Below are positions 47,755 through 60,196 of a stretch of DNA of 64,000 nt, in pieces (position 1 is the first letter of the stretch; every line of letters starts with the position of its first letter). Made by a program: the position numbers and the translations under genes. The stretch covers positions 22,511-86,510 of the forward strand of contig JAZNXN010000022.1 of assembly GCA_045593885.1 (NCBI GenBank), given 5' to 3'. This DNA comes from Eubacteriales bacterium (GTDB lineage Bacteria > Bacillota > Clostridia > Oscillospirales > CAG-272). The notes under the pieces were generated by a model. The model did no database searches and was not told the origin of the DNA. It saw nothing but the letters and a program-made list of their open reading frames with translations.

Positions 47755-47965
47755 GTCAAAAAAACCTTTCCTGCTTATGCGCGTACACAAGGTCGGGTGA
47801 GCGCGCAAAAATCGCCGCATCCGCGGCATTCGCCTTTTCGGGCTGTAGCCCTATTGATATGCCTCCATAATGACTCCCGTCCAACGCATTATGCGGGGCA
47901 TAGCATTTTGTTCCGTTCATATAGCCCTGTCGTCAGCATCATACGAAAGAGCTCTAACCAATTAG

Positions 47966-47994
47966 ATTATACTACACCAAAATAAAAAAATCAA
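47966..47994 (-). promoter_or_regulatory. consensus-like promoter for rnj, about 205 nt upstream of the start codon
   Basis: The minus strand reads TTGATT (47994-47989), a 17-nt spacer, then TATAAT (47971-47966). Confidence 0.6.
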
Positions 47995-47999
47995 GTGCT

Positions 48000-48251
48000 T
48001 TATATTAATATGAGAAGCAAAACAAGCGCGGACACCGCCGCCCCCGAGAGAAATGAGAGAAAGAGCGCAAGCCTTTTCACCGCACCTTTTCTTCGCGGAA
48101 GACTGTTTTCCTCTAAAATTCTGTTTGCCTCGCCTATTACGTCAATGCTCTTGTCCTTGACGTCATCCTTCATAATAAAATATGCCATATCAAACACGTC
48201 GCTGTTTGTGCTTTTTAGCAGCACCACGTTTCTTTTATAACCCTTAACCAT
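48000..48251 (-). CDS. 83-aa protein with C-terminal TM anchor, unknown function
   Basis: AAGGA RBS. A soluble N-domain is followed by LALFLSFLSGAAVSALVLLLILI. Confidence 0.45.
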   Translation of the reverse strand: MVKGYKRNVVLLKSTNSDVFDMAYFIMKDDVKDKSIDVIGEANRILEENSLPRRKGAVKRLALFLSFLSGAAVSALVLLLILI

Positions 48252-48314
48252 ACCAAAAAATCCTTTTATTTATGTACTTATACTGATTATAGGCATATCT
48301 TTTCATTTATATTC

Positions 48315-48349
48315 AAAAAATTCGGGCTCCTGCTTACGCAAAAGCCCGA
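48315..48349 (-). terminator. intrinsic terminator after the XRE-family gene
   Basis: TCGGGCT (48322-48328) pairs with AGCCCGA (48343-48349). A T6 run follows on the minus strand. Confidence 0.7.
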
Positions 48350-48356
48350 TTCTGAT

Positions 48357-48653
48357 TTACTTTCTGCCGAAAAGCTTTTTGAAGAAGCCCGCGGGCTTTT
48401 CCTGCTTTTCCTTAGGTGCGGCATTTCTCACCGCGTAGCCCTCGCTGTCGATATCTATGCTATCGTTTATCAGCTGGTCGAGGGTTAAGCTGTAAAGCTT
48501 TAGTATAATTGCCGCCTTCTTGATATCGGGATACGCCTGACCCGACTCCCACTTGTACACGGTTTGCCTGGATACCCCTGTCATTTCGGCAAACTGCGAC
48601 TGTGTATAGCCGTTTATTTTTCTCAAATGAATCATTTTTTCGGAAAAAGTCAT
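48357..48653 (-). CDS. XRE-family helix-turn-helix transcriptional regulator
   Basis: The HTH_3 pattern LRKINGYTQSQFAEMTGVSRQTVYKWESGQAYPD. Confidence 0.8.
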   Translation of the reverse strand: MTFSEKMIHLRKINGYTQSQFAEMTGVSRQTVYKWESGQAYPDIKKAAIILKLYSLTLDQLINDSIDIDSEGYAVRNAAPKEKQEKPAGFFKKLFGRK

Positions 48654-48671
48654 AATAAATACCTAACCTTT

Positions 48672-49313
48672 TTATTGTTTGTCGTATACGCAGTACGTAG
48701 GGGTGTTTAATCTGTATTCGCCGTTTTCTTTTCTTATCTGAAGGGGTAAAATATCGGTGTAACCCACAGGGTCTGCGGTGTTTTTAACAGTAACCGTTAT
48801 TTCAAGGCTGACGGTTTTTCTATCTCTTTCAACCACCCGTATAGACGAATAATCGTATTCTACGGTGCTATCCTTTATAAAATCGTCAAGCCCTGTGTAA
48901 ACAAACAGCCGTCCTTTTTCATCGGCAATATATCTGTTGAGAATTTCGGTATATAAATATCCGCCGAAGCTGTCGGAATACGCGGAGTGCGAAAGATAAT
49001 TTTTGAATATATTATCACATTCGTTTTCACTGTAAACGCTCCGCGTGTATTCCTTCAGGGTGTCAATATTGCTGATGCCGTATTCCGAGAGTCCGCTTAC
49101 ATCGGCTATAACGTATTTTCCGTCGGAAAGAGCCTCTCCGCCCTCAATAATATCAATTCCCTTGCCCCAATATATGTCGTTTAAGACAATGGATTTTTTT
49201 ATAAGAGCCTCGGTTATCCCGGCAATCTCAGCGTCACTCTCGGTGGTCTGTGAGCAGGATATGAGAGAGAAAAGAGATATTATTGCAAGGGCTATTGACA
49301 AAAGCCTTTTCAT
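48672..49313 (-). CDS. putative lipoprotein, unknown function
   Basis: The signal peptide and lipobox [21 protein letters not shown]. Confidence 0.55.
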   Translation of the reverse strand: MKRLLSIALAIISLFSLISCSQTTESDAEIAGITEALIKKSIVLNDIYWGKGIDIIEGGEALSDGKYVIADVSGLSEYGISNIDTLKEYTRSVYSENECDNIFKNYLSHSAYSDSFGGYLYTEILNRYIADEKGRLFVYTGLDDFIKDSTVEYDYSSIRVVERDRKTVSLEITVTVKNTADPVGYTDILPLQIRKENGEYRLNTPTYCVYDKQ

Positions 49314-51898
49314 CAGAGGTTATCTCCGCCGTCTTCTTCGACCTGCTCGGCCTCGTCCGTCGCCTCGTCTGCGGGAGCCTTTTCTGCCCCTGCAGCTTGT
49401 TCTGCCGCGTTAGCCTCTGCCACCTGTGCCTCGGACTCCGCCGCCTGCTCGTCAACCTCATCCTCGGGGGTGAGCCTCTGGAAATCGGAAATCTTCGCCC
49501 CGTCGGCAAGGCGCATTACTATAACACCGCCCGCGGTTCTCGAATATACGGGAATATCCGCTACACGTGTCCTTATAATCGTGCCCCCATCGGTTATGAG
49601 CATAATATCGTCGCTTTCGAGAACAGAAGCCACCGATGCGAGCTCGCCCGTCTTATCCGAGAGCTTGTGACAGGTAACACCCTTACCGCCTCTGTGCTTC
49701 ATAGTTCTGAATTCCTCGTAATCGCATCTCTTACCAAATCCGTTTTCGGTTATGGTGAGCAGCTGCTTTCCTTCCTCAACGAGAGCAACACCGACAACCT
49801 CGTCGCCCTCATCAAGACGTATTCCGCGTACTCCGCGGGCAAGTCGTCCCATAGCGCGTACGTTATTCTCGTCAAATCTTACCGCCATACCGCTTCTGGT
49901 TGCCAGAATCAGCTCGGAGTCGCCTATCGTTCTTCTTACGTACAGAAGCTCGTCGCCCTCGTCAAGATTTATAGCTATCTTTCCGCCCTTGCGCTGATAT
50001 GCGTACGCAGAAAGCGCCGTTCTCTTGATTACGCCGTACTTGGTAACCATTGTGAGAAGCTCGTCCTCGCCGAACTCGTCTATCTCTATGATAGAGGTTA
50101 TCTTTTCTCCCTGCTCGAGAGTGAGAAGGTTTACTGCGTTTCCGCCCTTCGCCGTTCTCGATGCCTCGGGGATTCTGTACGCCTTTATCGCGTGTACCTT
50201 TCCTATATTCGTGAACATCAAGAGAGTGGAGTGAGAATTGGTAACGATTACGTTCTCTACGAAATCCTCCTCCTTGGTGGTCATACCGATTATACCCTTA
50301 CCGCCTCTGTGCTGAGCCGAGTATACGCTCGTCCTCTGGCGCTTGATATATCCCGTATGAGTGAGGGTTATAACGCAGGAATGTCTTTCGATGAGGTCCT
50401 CAATATCTATCTCCTCGGTGGATTCAACAAGCTCTGTTCTGCGCTCGTCGCCAAACTTATTCTTTATTTCAAGAAGCTCTTCCTTGAGAATCTCCTTGAT
50501 TCTTGGCTCGTTGTCGAGGATATCGCGCAGGTCTGCAACGGTTGCCGTGAGCTTTGCAATTCTGTCCTCAACCTTCTGTCTTTCAAGCCCGGAAAGCTTA
50601 CCGAGAGGCATTTCGATAATAGCCTGTGCCTGCGCGTCGGAGAGTCCGTATTTCTCAGACAGCTTCGCCTTCGCATCCGCGGTGGACTCACTCTTCTTTA
50701 TGAGCTCAACTATTGCATCAATGTTGTCAATCGCAATCTTGTAGCCCTCGAGTATGTGCATCTCACGAAGTGCTTTTTCAAGGTCAAACTTGGTTCTGTT
50801 TACAATAATCTCTTCCTGGAAGGAAATGTAGTTGTCGAGTATCTCGGGGAGCGAAAGAATCTTCGGCTCACCGTTTACGAGCGCGAGCATATTTACCGCG
50901 CAGGTATCCTGAAGCTGAGTATTCTTATAGAGCTGATTGAGTATGATTTCGCCGTTTGCATCCTTCTTGTACTCAACGACTATTCTCATTCCCGCACGTC
51001 CGGATTCATCGCGCAAATCGCTGATTCCCTCTATCTTTTTATCCTTAACGAGATTAGCCATAGATTCTATGAGCATGCTCTTGTTAACCATATAGGGAAT
51101 TTCGGTTATTACAATTCTGCGGTGCTCCTCCTCTATACGCGCTCTCGCTCTGACGAGGACTCTGCCTTTACCCGTTGTATATGCGTCAACCAGTCCCTTG
51201 AAGCCGTATACTATACCCTTGGTTGGGAAATCGGGACCCTTGATGTAATTCATCAGCTCCACAACCTCACACTCGGGGTTGTCTATTCTGTAAATTGTTC
51301 CGTCAATAACCTCGGAAAGATTGTGGGGGGGTATATTTGTTGCCATACCTACCGCTATACCTACCGAGCCGTTTACGAGTATGTTGGGGAAGCGCGAGGG
51401 GAGAACCGTCGGCTCCTTTCTGCTATTGTCAAAGTTGGGAACGAGGGGAACCACATCCTTCTCGATATCGCTCATCATCAGCTCCGCGATCTTTGACATT
51501 CTTGCCTCGGTATAACGGTATGCAGCCGCGCCGTCACCGTCAACGTTACCGAAGTTACCGTGTCCCTCTACAAGAGTATATCTGTAAGAGAAGGGCTGAG
51601 CCATACGAACCATCGTCTGATATACCGCAACGTCACCGTGAGGATGGTATCTACCGAGAACGTTACCTACCGTCGTTGCTGATTTACGGAAGGGCTTGTC
51701 ATAGGTAAGACCGTCCTCGTGCATTGCGTACATTATGCGGCGCTGACCGGGCTTCATACCGTCGCGCACGTCGGGCAGAGCACGGCTGGTGATAACGCTC
51801 ATCGCGTACTCAATAAAGGAGGTTCTTACTCTTTGCTCCATATTTTTGTCAACAATTTTCTGATTGGGAAATTCTATGCTGCTCTTATCTTCTGCCAT
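49313..51898 (-). CDS. gyrA: DNA gyrase subunit A
   Basis: The active-site region [11 protein letters not shown], the QRDR-like segment HPHGDVAVY, a beta-pinwheel CTD and an acidic tail. Confidence 0.97.
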   Translation of the reverse strand: MAEDKSSIEFPNQKIVDKNMEQRVRTSFIEYAMSVITSRALPDVRDGMKPGQRRIMYAMHEDGLTYDKPFRKSATTVGNVLGRYHPHGDVAVYQTMVRMAQPFSYRYTLVEGHGNFGNVDGDGAAAYRYTEARMSKIAELMMSDIEKDVVPLVPNFDNSRKEPTVLPSRFPNILVNGSVGIAVGMATNIPPHNLSEVIDGTIYRIDNPECEVVELMNYIKGPDFPTKGIVYGFKGLVDAYTTGKGRVLVRARARIEEEHRRIVITEIPYMVNKSMLIESMANLVKDKKIEGISDLRDESGRAGMRIVVEYKKDANGEIILNQLYKNTQLQDTCAVNMLALVNGEPKILSLPEILDNYISFQEEIIVNRTKFDLEKALREMHILEGYKIAIDNIDAIVELIKKSESTADAKAKLSEKYGLSDAQAQAIIEMPLGKLSGLERQKVEDRIAKLTATVADLRDILDNEPRIKEILKEELLEIKNKFGDERRTELVESTEEIDIEDLIERHSCVITLTHTGYIKRQRTSVYSAQHRGGKGIIGMTTKEEDFVENVIVTNSHSTLLMFTNIGKVHAIKAYRIPEASRTAKGGNAVNLLTLEQGEKITSIIEIDEFGEDELLTMVTKYGVIKRTALSAYAYQRKGGKIAINLDEGDELLYVRRTIGDSELILATRSGMAVRFDENNVRAMGRLARGVRGIRLDEGDEVVGVALVEEGKQLLTITENGFGKRCDYEEFRTMKHRGGKGVTCHKLSDKTGELASVASVLESDDIMLITDGGTIIRTRVADIPVYSRTAGGVIVMRLADGAKISDFQRLTPEDEVDEQAAESEAQVAEANAAEQAAGAEKAPADEATDEAEQVEEDGGDNL

Positions 51899-51912
51899 TT
51901 TTATCTACCTCC

Positions 51913-54182
<2,270 letters not shown>

Positions 54183-54202
<20 letters not shown>

Positions 54203-55283
54203 ATTTTCCGCCCTCCACACAAATAACGTTAACACCGTCAAGGTCAAAGATATTTTTATCGCACGCGCTTATTATTATCTGCTTGTCCTTGATTCCGTTT
54301 ATTATATATTTCTGTCTCTGCTCGTCAAGCTCGGAAAGCACGTCGTCAAACAAAAACACAGGGTATTCACCGTTTATCTCACGCGATACCTCTCCCTCAG
54401 CCATTTTGAGAGCGAGCGCCGCCGAGCGCTGCTGCCCCTGCGAGCCAAAGGTACGCAATGAAATTCCGTTAATTTTAACGTCAATATCGTCGCGGTGTAC
54501 GCCAAATAATGTAACTCCGTTTGCTATTTCCTTCTCGGTTGAGCTTCTGTAAAGACTTAAATACTCATCTCTTGCATCATTTTCATTTTCCGCGTATATA
54601 TCAGCCTCGTAGGAAAGACTCAATTTTTCTCTCTCACCGGATATTTCAAGTAATATGCCGTGAGCATATTTTTCGAGCTTTTTTATATATTCCTTGCGCT
54701 TCATATATATTTTCGATGCAAATGAGGCTAATTGCTCGGAAAATACGTCTATTTCCTTCTTATTTACCGACATACCTCTCTGAGCATTTTTTATAAGAAC
54801 GTTTCTGTTCTCCAAAATCTTGTTGTAGCAGGAATAATTCCTTATATAGAAGGAATCGTTTTGCGAGATAGCAACGTTTATAAACTCGCGCCTCTCTGAC
54901 GGACCCCCTTTCACTATCATAAGATGCTCAGGGCAGAAAAGAACAGCTCTGAAATGACCGAGCATATCCGCCGCCTTTTCCTCTTTTATTCCGTTTTTCT
55001 TTCTTATTCTTTCCTTATCACTGTAATAATAGGAGAGTGTCTGACTTCTTCTCTTATCTTCAAACTCTATCTCTATTGAAAATGAGCTTTCCCCGAATTT
55101 AATCAGCTTCTTATCAACAGCCCCGCGAAAGCTCTTTCCTCTCGCAAAGGTATAGATAGCCTCTATTACGTTTGTCTTGCCCTGCGCGTTTCCGCCGAGC
55201 AAAAGATTTACTCCGCCAAAAAAGCTTATTTTTTCGTTTCCTATATTTCTGTAATTATTGGCAGAAAGACTTTTCAGTATCAT
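54183..55283 (-). CDS. recF: DNA replication and repair protein RecF
   Basis: Walker A GGNAQGKTN, the signature SQGQQRS and Walker B LFDDVLSELD. Confidence 0.93.
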
Positions 55284-55284
55284 A

Positions 55285-56433
55285 TCAGTCGTTCATTCTT
55301 ACAGGAAGAATCATATAGAAGAAGCTCTCGTTTTCCTTTTTCTGTGCAGGCTCAATAGTAACACTCTGAGTTGCAGATTTGAATGTAAGAGCAACCTCCT
55401 CTCCCTCTGAGGAACGGATACTGTTAATGAGATAACGGCAGTTAAAGCCTATCTCAAGATCCTCTCCCTCATGCTCACACTCCATTTCATCGTAAACCTT
55501 GCCGTTTACAGAGGTTGAGGTGAGAGAGAATATATTTCCCTTTATTCCTATCTTAACGTAGCTTCTTGCGCTGCCCTGAACCTTATCCTCGGCAACGAGA
55601 ATAGCTCTCTCAAGTCCTCTCAAAAGCCTTTCTCTGTTTACGTTTACAAATATAGTCTGAGAGGTGGGGATTATTCTCTTGTAATCAATGTATTCACTGT
55701 CTATCATTCTCGTAAAGAATACTATATCCCTTATCTTTATGATAGCATGCTTTCTCGAAAGAAATACGTTTACCGTATCATCCTTGTCGGGAAGAATCTT
55801 TATCAGCTCCGTGAGTGCGTGTCCGGGGATTATAAATGAGAAATTCATAGCACTTATCTCACCTATATCCTTCAAATCGCAGTTTACGGTGCATTTTGAG
55901 AGCGTGTAGCTATCGCAGGATACTATTTCAAGATTACCCTCGTTAACCTTAAAGAAAGCTCCGCAGAGCATAGGTCTGCTGTCCTGCTCGGCTACCGAAT
56001 AAATAACCTTGGTTATCATCTTTTTAAGGATAGATGCCTTTATCTCAAAGCCCTTATCTCCGTAAAGCTCGGGCAGGGAAGGAAATTCCGTTCCGCGCAG
56101 AGAGAAAAGTGAGAAGCTGCTCTTACCGCTATAAATAGATGCGTTGTATTTTTCGTCAACCTCTATCGTTATTTCATCCTCTGGCATGAGCTTTGTTATC
56201 TGGAAAAGCTTCTGTGCATTTATAATACAGCTTCCGCTTTCAATAACCTCGATAGCCTCAAAGGTTATTCTTACACCCTTGTTCATATCATAGGAAGAAA
56301 TTCTTACGTTCTCACCGTCAAGAGTTTCGATGAGAATACCCTCTATTGAGGAAATAGTGTTCTTTGTTGATACAGTTCCCATACAGGGAGAAAGCTTGTC
56401 AAGAAACGTTGCCTTATCAAGTACAATTTTCAT
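55285..56433 (-). CDS. dnaN: DNA polymerase III beta sliding clamp
   Basis: Three-domain beta-clamp length (382 aa), the position after dnaA and a family-typical N-terminus. Confidence 0.92.
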   Translation of the reverse strand: MKIVLDKATFLDKLSPCMGTVSTKNTISSIEGILIETLDGENVRISSYDMNKGVRITFEAIEVIESGSCIINAQKLFQITKLMPEDEITIEVDEKYNASIYSGKSSFSLFSLRGTEFPSLPELYGDKGFEIKASILKKMITKVIYSVAEQDSRPMLCGAFFKVNEGNLEIVSCDSYTLSKCTVNCDLKDIGEISAMNFSFIIPGHALTELIKILPDKDDTVNVFLSRKHAIIKIRDIVFFTRMIDSEYIDYKRIIPTSQTIFVNVNRERLLRGLERAILVAEDKVQGSARSYVKIGIKGNIFSLTSTSVNGKVYDEMECEHEGEDLEIGFNCRYLINSIRSSEGEEVALTFKSATQSVTIEPAQKKENESFFYMILPVRMND

Positions 56434-56697
56434 ATTTTATCCTCTCTTTGTAAAACCCTCCGAAATCGCAAGGAAGGAATTAAATAAATGTTATTTTATT
56501 AGTAATAGAATCAGTAGGGGGTGTTAAAAACGTGGAAAACCCAAAATTCTCAATCACTGTATGTATTTATGAAGAATTTTTTCGGTTGATAACCTGTTAT
56601 ATATCTGTTGAAAGTATGTTGGCAATAAAATCAACTGTTTCCTTTTAATGGAAAAATGCATTTATGAGAGCACTTTTAACCTGTTTTCAACACATTC
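56434..56697. other. dnaA-dnaN intergenic spacer (possible second oriC module; only degenerate DnaA-box-like 9-mers)
   Basis: The best matches to TTATCCACA each have 2 mismatches: TTATCCTCT at about 56439, TTTTCCACG (complement) at about 56531, TTATCAACC (complement) at about 56585 and TTTTCAACA at 56684-56692. Confidence 0.3.
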
Positions 56698-58071
56698 TTA
56701 CCCTTTGATTTTTTGAATAAGCTCGCTGATTTCACTCTCAAGTGCCTTGGATTCCTTTATAGATTCCTTTATCTTCTTTAATGAGAAATTAATCGTTGCG
56801 TGGTCCTTATCAAGAAGCTCACCAATGCTTGTCTGAGTCATAGAGGTCATTTTCTTCATCAGATAGACTGAAATATGGCGCGCCATTGCAATTTCCTTGT
56901 TTCTCTTGGTGCTCTTTATATCCTCAACCGATACGTTGTATTTTTCAGCAACACAGTGGAGAATTTTATCGCACACAACAGAAACGGGAACGGTTCCGGA
57001 AATAAAGTCAGCAACACATCTCTTGCACATATCCATAGTGATAGGTGTTGCCGTCAGAGAGCTTATTGCCGCAATCTTCTTTATAGCACCCTCAATCTGT
57101 CGGATATTATTCTGCAGCTTTTCTGCGAGAAAATTAACTATTTCATTATCAAGGGTTATTCCCAATTCCTCAACCTTTTTCTTGATAATAGCGGTGCGGA
57201 GCTCAAACGACGGTGGCTTGATATCCGCAATAATACCCCATTCAAATCTCGTCACCAGTCTTTCCTCAAGGGTTTTAATATCCTTCGGGGGACGGTCTGA
57301 CGTCAGAATTATCTGCTTTTGGTCGTCGTGCATTTTATTGAATGTATTGAAAAATTCCTCCTGAGTCGATTCCTTTCCGGCAATGAAATGAATATCGTCT
57401 ATGAGCAGAATATCGACGGAGCGGTATTTTTCCCTGAACTGAGGCATTGTTTTGTTCTGAAGGCAGGTAATCAGCTCGTTTGTGAAATCCTCACCCTTCT
57501 TATATATAATCCTTGCGTTCTTGTTTTTCTGCTTTATCTCATTTGTGATAGCGCAGAGAAGGTGTGTTTTTCCAAGTCCGCTGGGACCCCATATAAAAAG
57601 AGGGTTGTAGGTTTTTGAAATACTCTCGTTTATAATATCCTTCGTCACCGCAACGCAGGCAGCGTGAACAAAATTGTTTGAATCTCCGACCACGAAATTA
57701 TCAAAGGTGTATTTCGATATAATAGACGGCTCGTTAATCTGCTCGCCGGCGCTGACAATCCTCTCAGGCTTGCTTTCAGGTACGGGAACTCTCGAAATAG
57801 ATATAGGCTCAACACTCTCGGGCTGTTCTGTGAGAACAATTTTTATATCTATCTCAAAGCCGAGCACGTTTTTGAAGGCATCCTCAAGAATAGGCCTGTA
57901 CTTTGTCTCAAGAAATTTTTTCTTGATATCATAGTTTATTCCTACCACAGCCTCGGTGTCGGTGAGGGATAGAAGCTCTATATCCTGAAACCATAATTCA
58001 TAGATAAGCTTCGATGAGGAGGATTTTATGTAGTCAAGTATGGCATCGCATATTTTATTCAATTCTTCCAT
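56698..58071 (-). CDS. dnaA: chromosomal replication initiator DnaA
   Basis: AAA+ Walker A GPSGLGKTHL, box VII, and the C-terminal DNA-binding domain (IAMARHISVYLMKKMT...IGELL..DHATI). Confidence 0.97.
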   Translation of the reverse strand: MEELNKICDAILDYIKSSSSKLIYELWFQDIELLSLTDTEAVVGINYDIKKKFLETKYRPILEDAFKNVLGFEIDIKIVLTEQPESVEPISISRVPVPESKPERIVSAGEQINEPSIISKYTFDNFVVGDSNNFVHAACVAVTKDIINESISKTYNPLFIWGPSGLGKTHLLCAITNEIKQKNKNARIIYKKGEDFTNELITCLQNKTMPQFREKYRSVDILLIDDIHFIAGKESTQEEFFNTFNKMHDDQKQIILTSDRPPKDIKTLEERLVTRFEWGIIADIKPPSFELRTAIIKKKVEELGITLDNEIVNFLAEKLQNNIRQIEGAIKKIAAISSLTATPITMDMCKRCVADFISGTVPVSVVCDKILHCVAEKYNVSVEDIKSTKRNKEIAMARHISVYLMKKMTSMTQTSIGELLDKDHATINFSLKKIKESIKESKALESEISELIQKIKG

Positions 58072-58264
58072 ATAAAACTCCTGTCAATTCGTTACTAAAT
58101 AATTATAACACAAAAAAAGTATTTTTTCAACATATTTTAATAATTTTATTATAAATTATAATAATATCTAAAATTTATATATCGCGGGCGGGAGAAAAGC
58201 CGTTAAAAATGAGCTTTGTTTGAAAAAGTGTTGAAAAGAAGGTGAAAAAGTATTATAATAAAGG
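58072..58264. other. candidate oriC / DNA unwinding region upstream of dnaA
   Basis: A stretch of about 90 bp that is almost pure A/T (58095-58182) abuts the GC cluster CGCGGGCGGG (58183-58192). The coding-strand bias switches here: genes to the left are mostly minus, genes to the right mostly plus. Confidence 0.45.
58102..58130 (-). promoter_or_regulatory. dnaA promoter (extended -10)
   Basis: The minus strand reads TTGAAA (58130-58125), a 17-nt spacer, then TGtTATAAT (-10 at 58107-58102). Confidence 0.6.
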
Positions 58265-58291
58265 ATGAAAAAAGAAAAACGGAGACAGAAC

Positions 58292-59011
58292 GTGAAAATA
58301 GGAGTTATAATTCCCGTATACAACGAGGAAAAGATAATAGAAGATACTATTGAAAAAATAAGGTCATTCAATGCCGAAAACGATAGCTACTCATTCTGGC
58401 TCGTAAACGACGGTTCAAGGGACAACACAAGGAAAATAATAGAAGAAAGCATAAAAGCGGAAGAAAGAATTTTTCTTATCTCCTATGATGAAAATAAGGG
58501 GAAGGGGGGCGCTGTCCGAGAGGGAATGATTAACGCCGACGGTGACGCGCTCATTTTTACCGATGCCGACCTTGCCTACGGTCTTGATACTGTCAAGGAA
58601 ATGGGGGACAGGTTTTCATCAACCGAAAGCGAGCTGATTATAGGAAACAGGCACGCAGAGGGCGGCTTTGGCAAAAGTTACGGATTTGTGCGTAAGCTGG
58701 CATCTGTAATTTACCTAAAAATAATCTCTCTTTTCTTTGGAATGAGGATAAGCGACAGTCAATGCGGAATAAAGGGTTACAGACAGCCCTACGCCAAAAA
58801 AATATTTGAAAATTGCGAAACGAGGGGCTTTGCCTTCGATTTTGAAACGGTAATGATAGCGAAAAAAATGGGACTCGCAATCGAAGAAATGCCCGTGACC
58901 ATAAAGAAGAATAATGAGGACTCGAAGGTACATATAGTAAGGGACAGCCTCAGAATGATACGCGACCTTGTGAGAATAAAAAAGAGAATAAAGAAAATAA
59001 AAATAGACTAA
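58292..59011 (+). CDS. family 2 glycosyltransferase (polyprenyl-phosphate sugar transferase-like)
   Basis: The GT2 motifs IIPVYNEE, DGSRD and TDADL. I preferred the GTG 58292 start behind GGAGA; the ORF track starts at 58265. Confidence 0.8.
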   Translation: MKIGVIIPVYNEEKIIEDTIEKIRSFNAENDSYSFWLVNDGSRDNTRKIIEESIKAEERIFLISYDENKGKGGAVREGMINADGDALIFTDADLAYGLDTVKEMGDRFSSTESELIIGNRHAEGGFGKSYGFVRKLASVIYLKIISLFFGMRISDSQCGIKGYRQPYAKKIFENCETRGFAFDFETVMIAKKMGLAIEEMPVTIKKNNEDSKVHIVRDSLRMIRDLVRIKKRIKKIKID

Positions 59012-59023
59012 AAAATAAAAAAA

Positions 59024-59058
59024 CAGCCCGTTTTTTGAAAAAAATGGGCTGTTTTTAT
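59024..59058. terminator. bidirectional intrinsic terminator
   Basis: ACAGCCC (59024-59030) pairs with GGGCTGT (59047-59053), flanked by A- and T-runs. Confidence 0.75.
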
Positions 59059-59080
59059 GTAAACAAGTGTTTACAAAACG

Positions 59081-59341
59081 CTATTTTTTGAGATTTTCAG
59101 AGTAGTCAAGGGCAAATGCCGCACCTATTCCTATGTTGAGAGATAAAAGTATGAGAGATATACTCGTTCCCATTGACGAGAGAATAAATAAAACCTGGAA
59201 GGCATCGGAAAGTACCGTCAACAGAAATAGCGAGATAAGGGAAAGAAGGCATACAGACAGCGTTACAATTATAAGAATTTTTGAAAGTATGTATATATCC
59301 GAGAGCGAGTGATTCGCTCTCTTTTGCTTTTTATTTTTCAT
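59081..59341 (-). CDS. 86-aa two-TM membrane protein, unknown function
   Basis: ATG 59341 lies behind AGAGGTGAG, followed by hydrophobic helices. Confidence 0.45.
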   Translation of the reverse strand: MKNKKQKRANHSLSDIYILSKILIIVTLSVCLLSLISLFLLTVLSDAFQVLFILSSMGTSISLILLSLNIGIGAAFALDYSENLKK

Positions 59342-59614
59342 TTTCTCACCTCTGAAAGTATTTACACTTGATAACATATTAACATAAATTGCTTAGCTTG
59401 TCACTCATAAAAATTTGGAAAAAGAAAGAATATTTATTCAATTTACCGAAAAATTTTCTCCCTTATGGTTAACATTTCCGTATATTTGGAAAATACTGTC
59501 TGAAACAGGAAAAAAAGAGAGAATTAATTGAATTGCTTCGCCTCAAATTAACAAAATTCTCTCCCTTTTTAGTGTAATATAAAGGTGACATTATTACATA
59601 AGGAAGGAAATAAA

Positions 59615-59953
59615 ATGGAAAAAGAAAATGAGAGGCCGTCGGTTATAAGATACCGTCAGCAGCAGGCGAATGGGTATATATTCAGATATACTCTTTATAA
59701 GGAAAAGGCGGACCCCGATGAGATAAGGGATATGAACGGCGAGCTTGACCCCTATAACACCAGCTTTTATTCGGTTAAAATCGAAACGGTCAGAGAAAAT
59801 GATGCGACGGATTTTGTAGAGGCATTTCTGCCTAAAATGAGTGTTGATATAGAGAAGGCTAAGGAGCTTTTGGATTTCCTGTGCGAGAATCTGGTCGGCG
59901 CGGACAGCGCATACGAGGCAATAGAGGACGTTATGTCGGCATTTGTGATGTGA
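59615..59953 (+). CDS. 112-aa acidic cytoplasmic protein, unknown function
   Basis: ATG 59615 lies behind AAGGAAGG. No motif recognised. Confidence 0.5.
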   Translation: MEKENERPSVIRYRQQQANGYIFRYTLYKEKADPDEIRDMNGELDPYNTSFYSVKIETVRENDATDFVEAFLPKMSVDIEKAKELLDFLCENLVGADSAYEAIEDVMSAFVM

Positions 59954-60010
59954 TGCTCCGAATCCGTTCGCCTCGGCTATCGTATTCAGGCATAACCAAA
60001 ATAAAAAACA

Positions 60011-60048
60011 GGCAGGGGCACTTTTATCGGTGCTTCCGCCCTTTTTTA
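60011..60048 (+). terminator. intrinsic terminator
   Basis: GGCAGGGGCAC (60011-60021) pairs with GTGCTTCCGCC (60030-60040), followed by CTTTTTTATTTT. Confidence 0.65.
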
Positions 60049-60061
60049 TTTTAGTGCGGAA

Positions 60062-60196
60062 AATGTCGACAATTTTGGATAAAAATCTAAAAAATTCAAA
60101 AATATTCAAAAAAATATTCATTTGCGCGAAAAAGGTCGAAATTTTTTTGGATAAAAGATGATAAAAAGGAATTAAAAAAATGCAAAAAAAGTCGAA
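60062..60196 (+). repeat. three direct copies of an A-rich GTCGA(A/C)A module, two with an adjacent TTTGGATAA, upstream of the ABC operon
   Basis: TGTCGAC (60064-60070) plus TTTGGATAA (60074-60082); GGTCGAA (60134-60140) plus TTTGGATAA (60146-60154); AGTCGAA (60190-60196). Confidence 0.5.

Noticed and set aside
49283-51496. A 737-aa ORF on the + strand.
   Set aside because: It lies entirely antisense to gyrA, whose identity is unambiguous. It has a low-complexity Leu/Arg/Ser-rich translation and no RBS. It is a typical shadow ORF.
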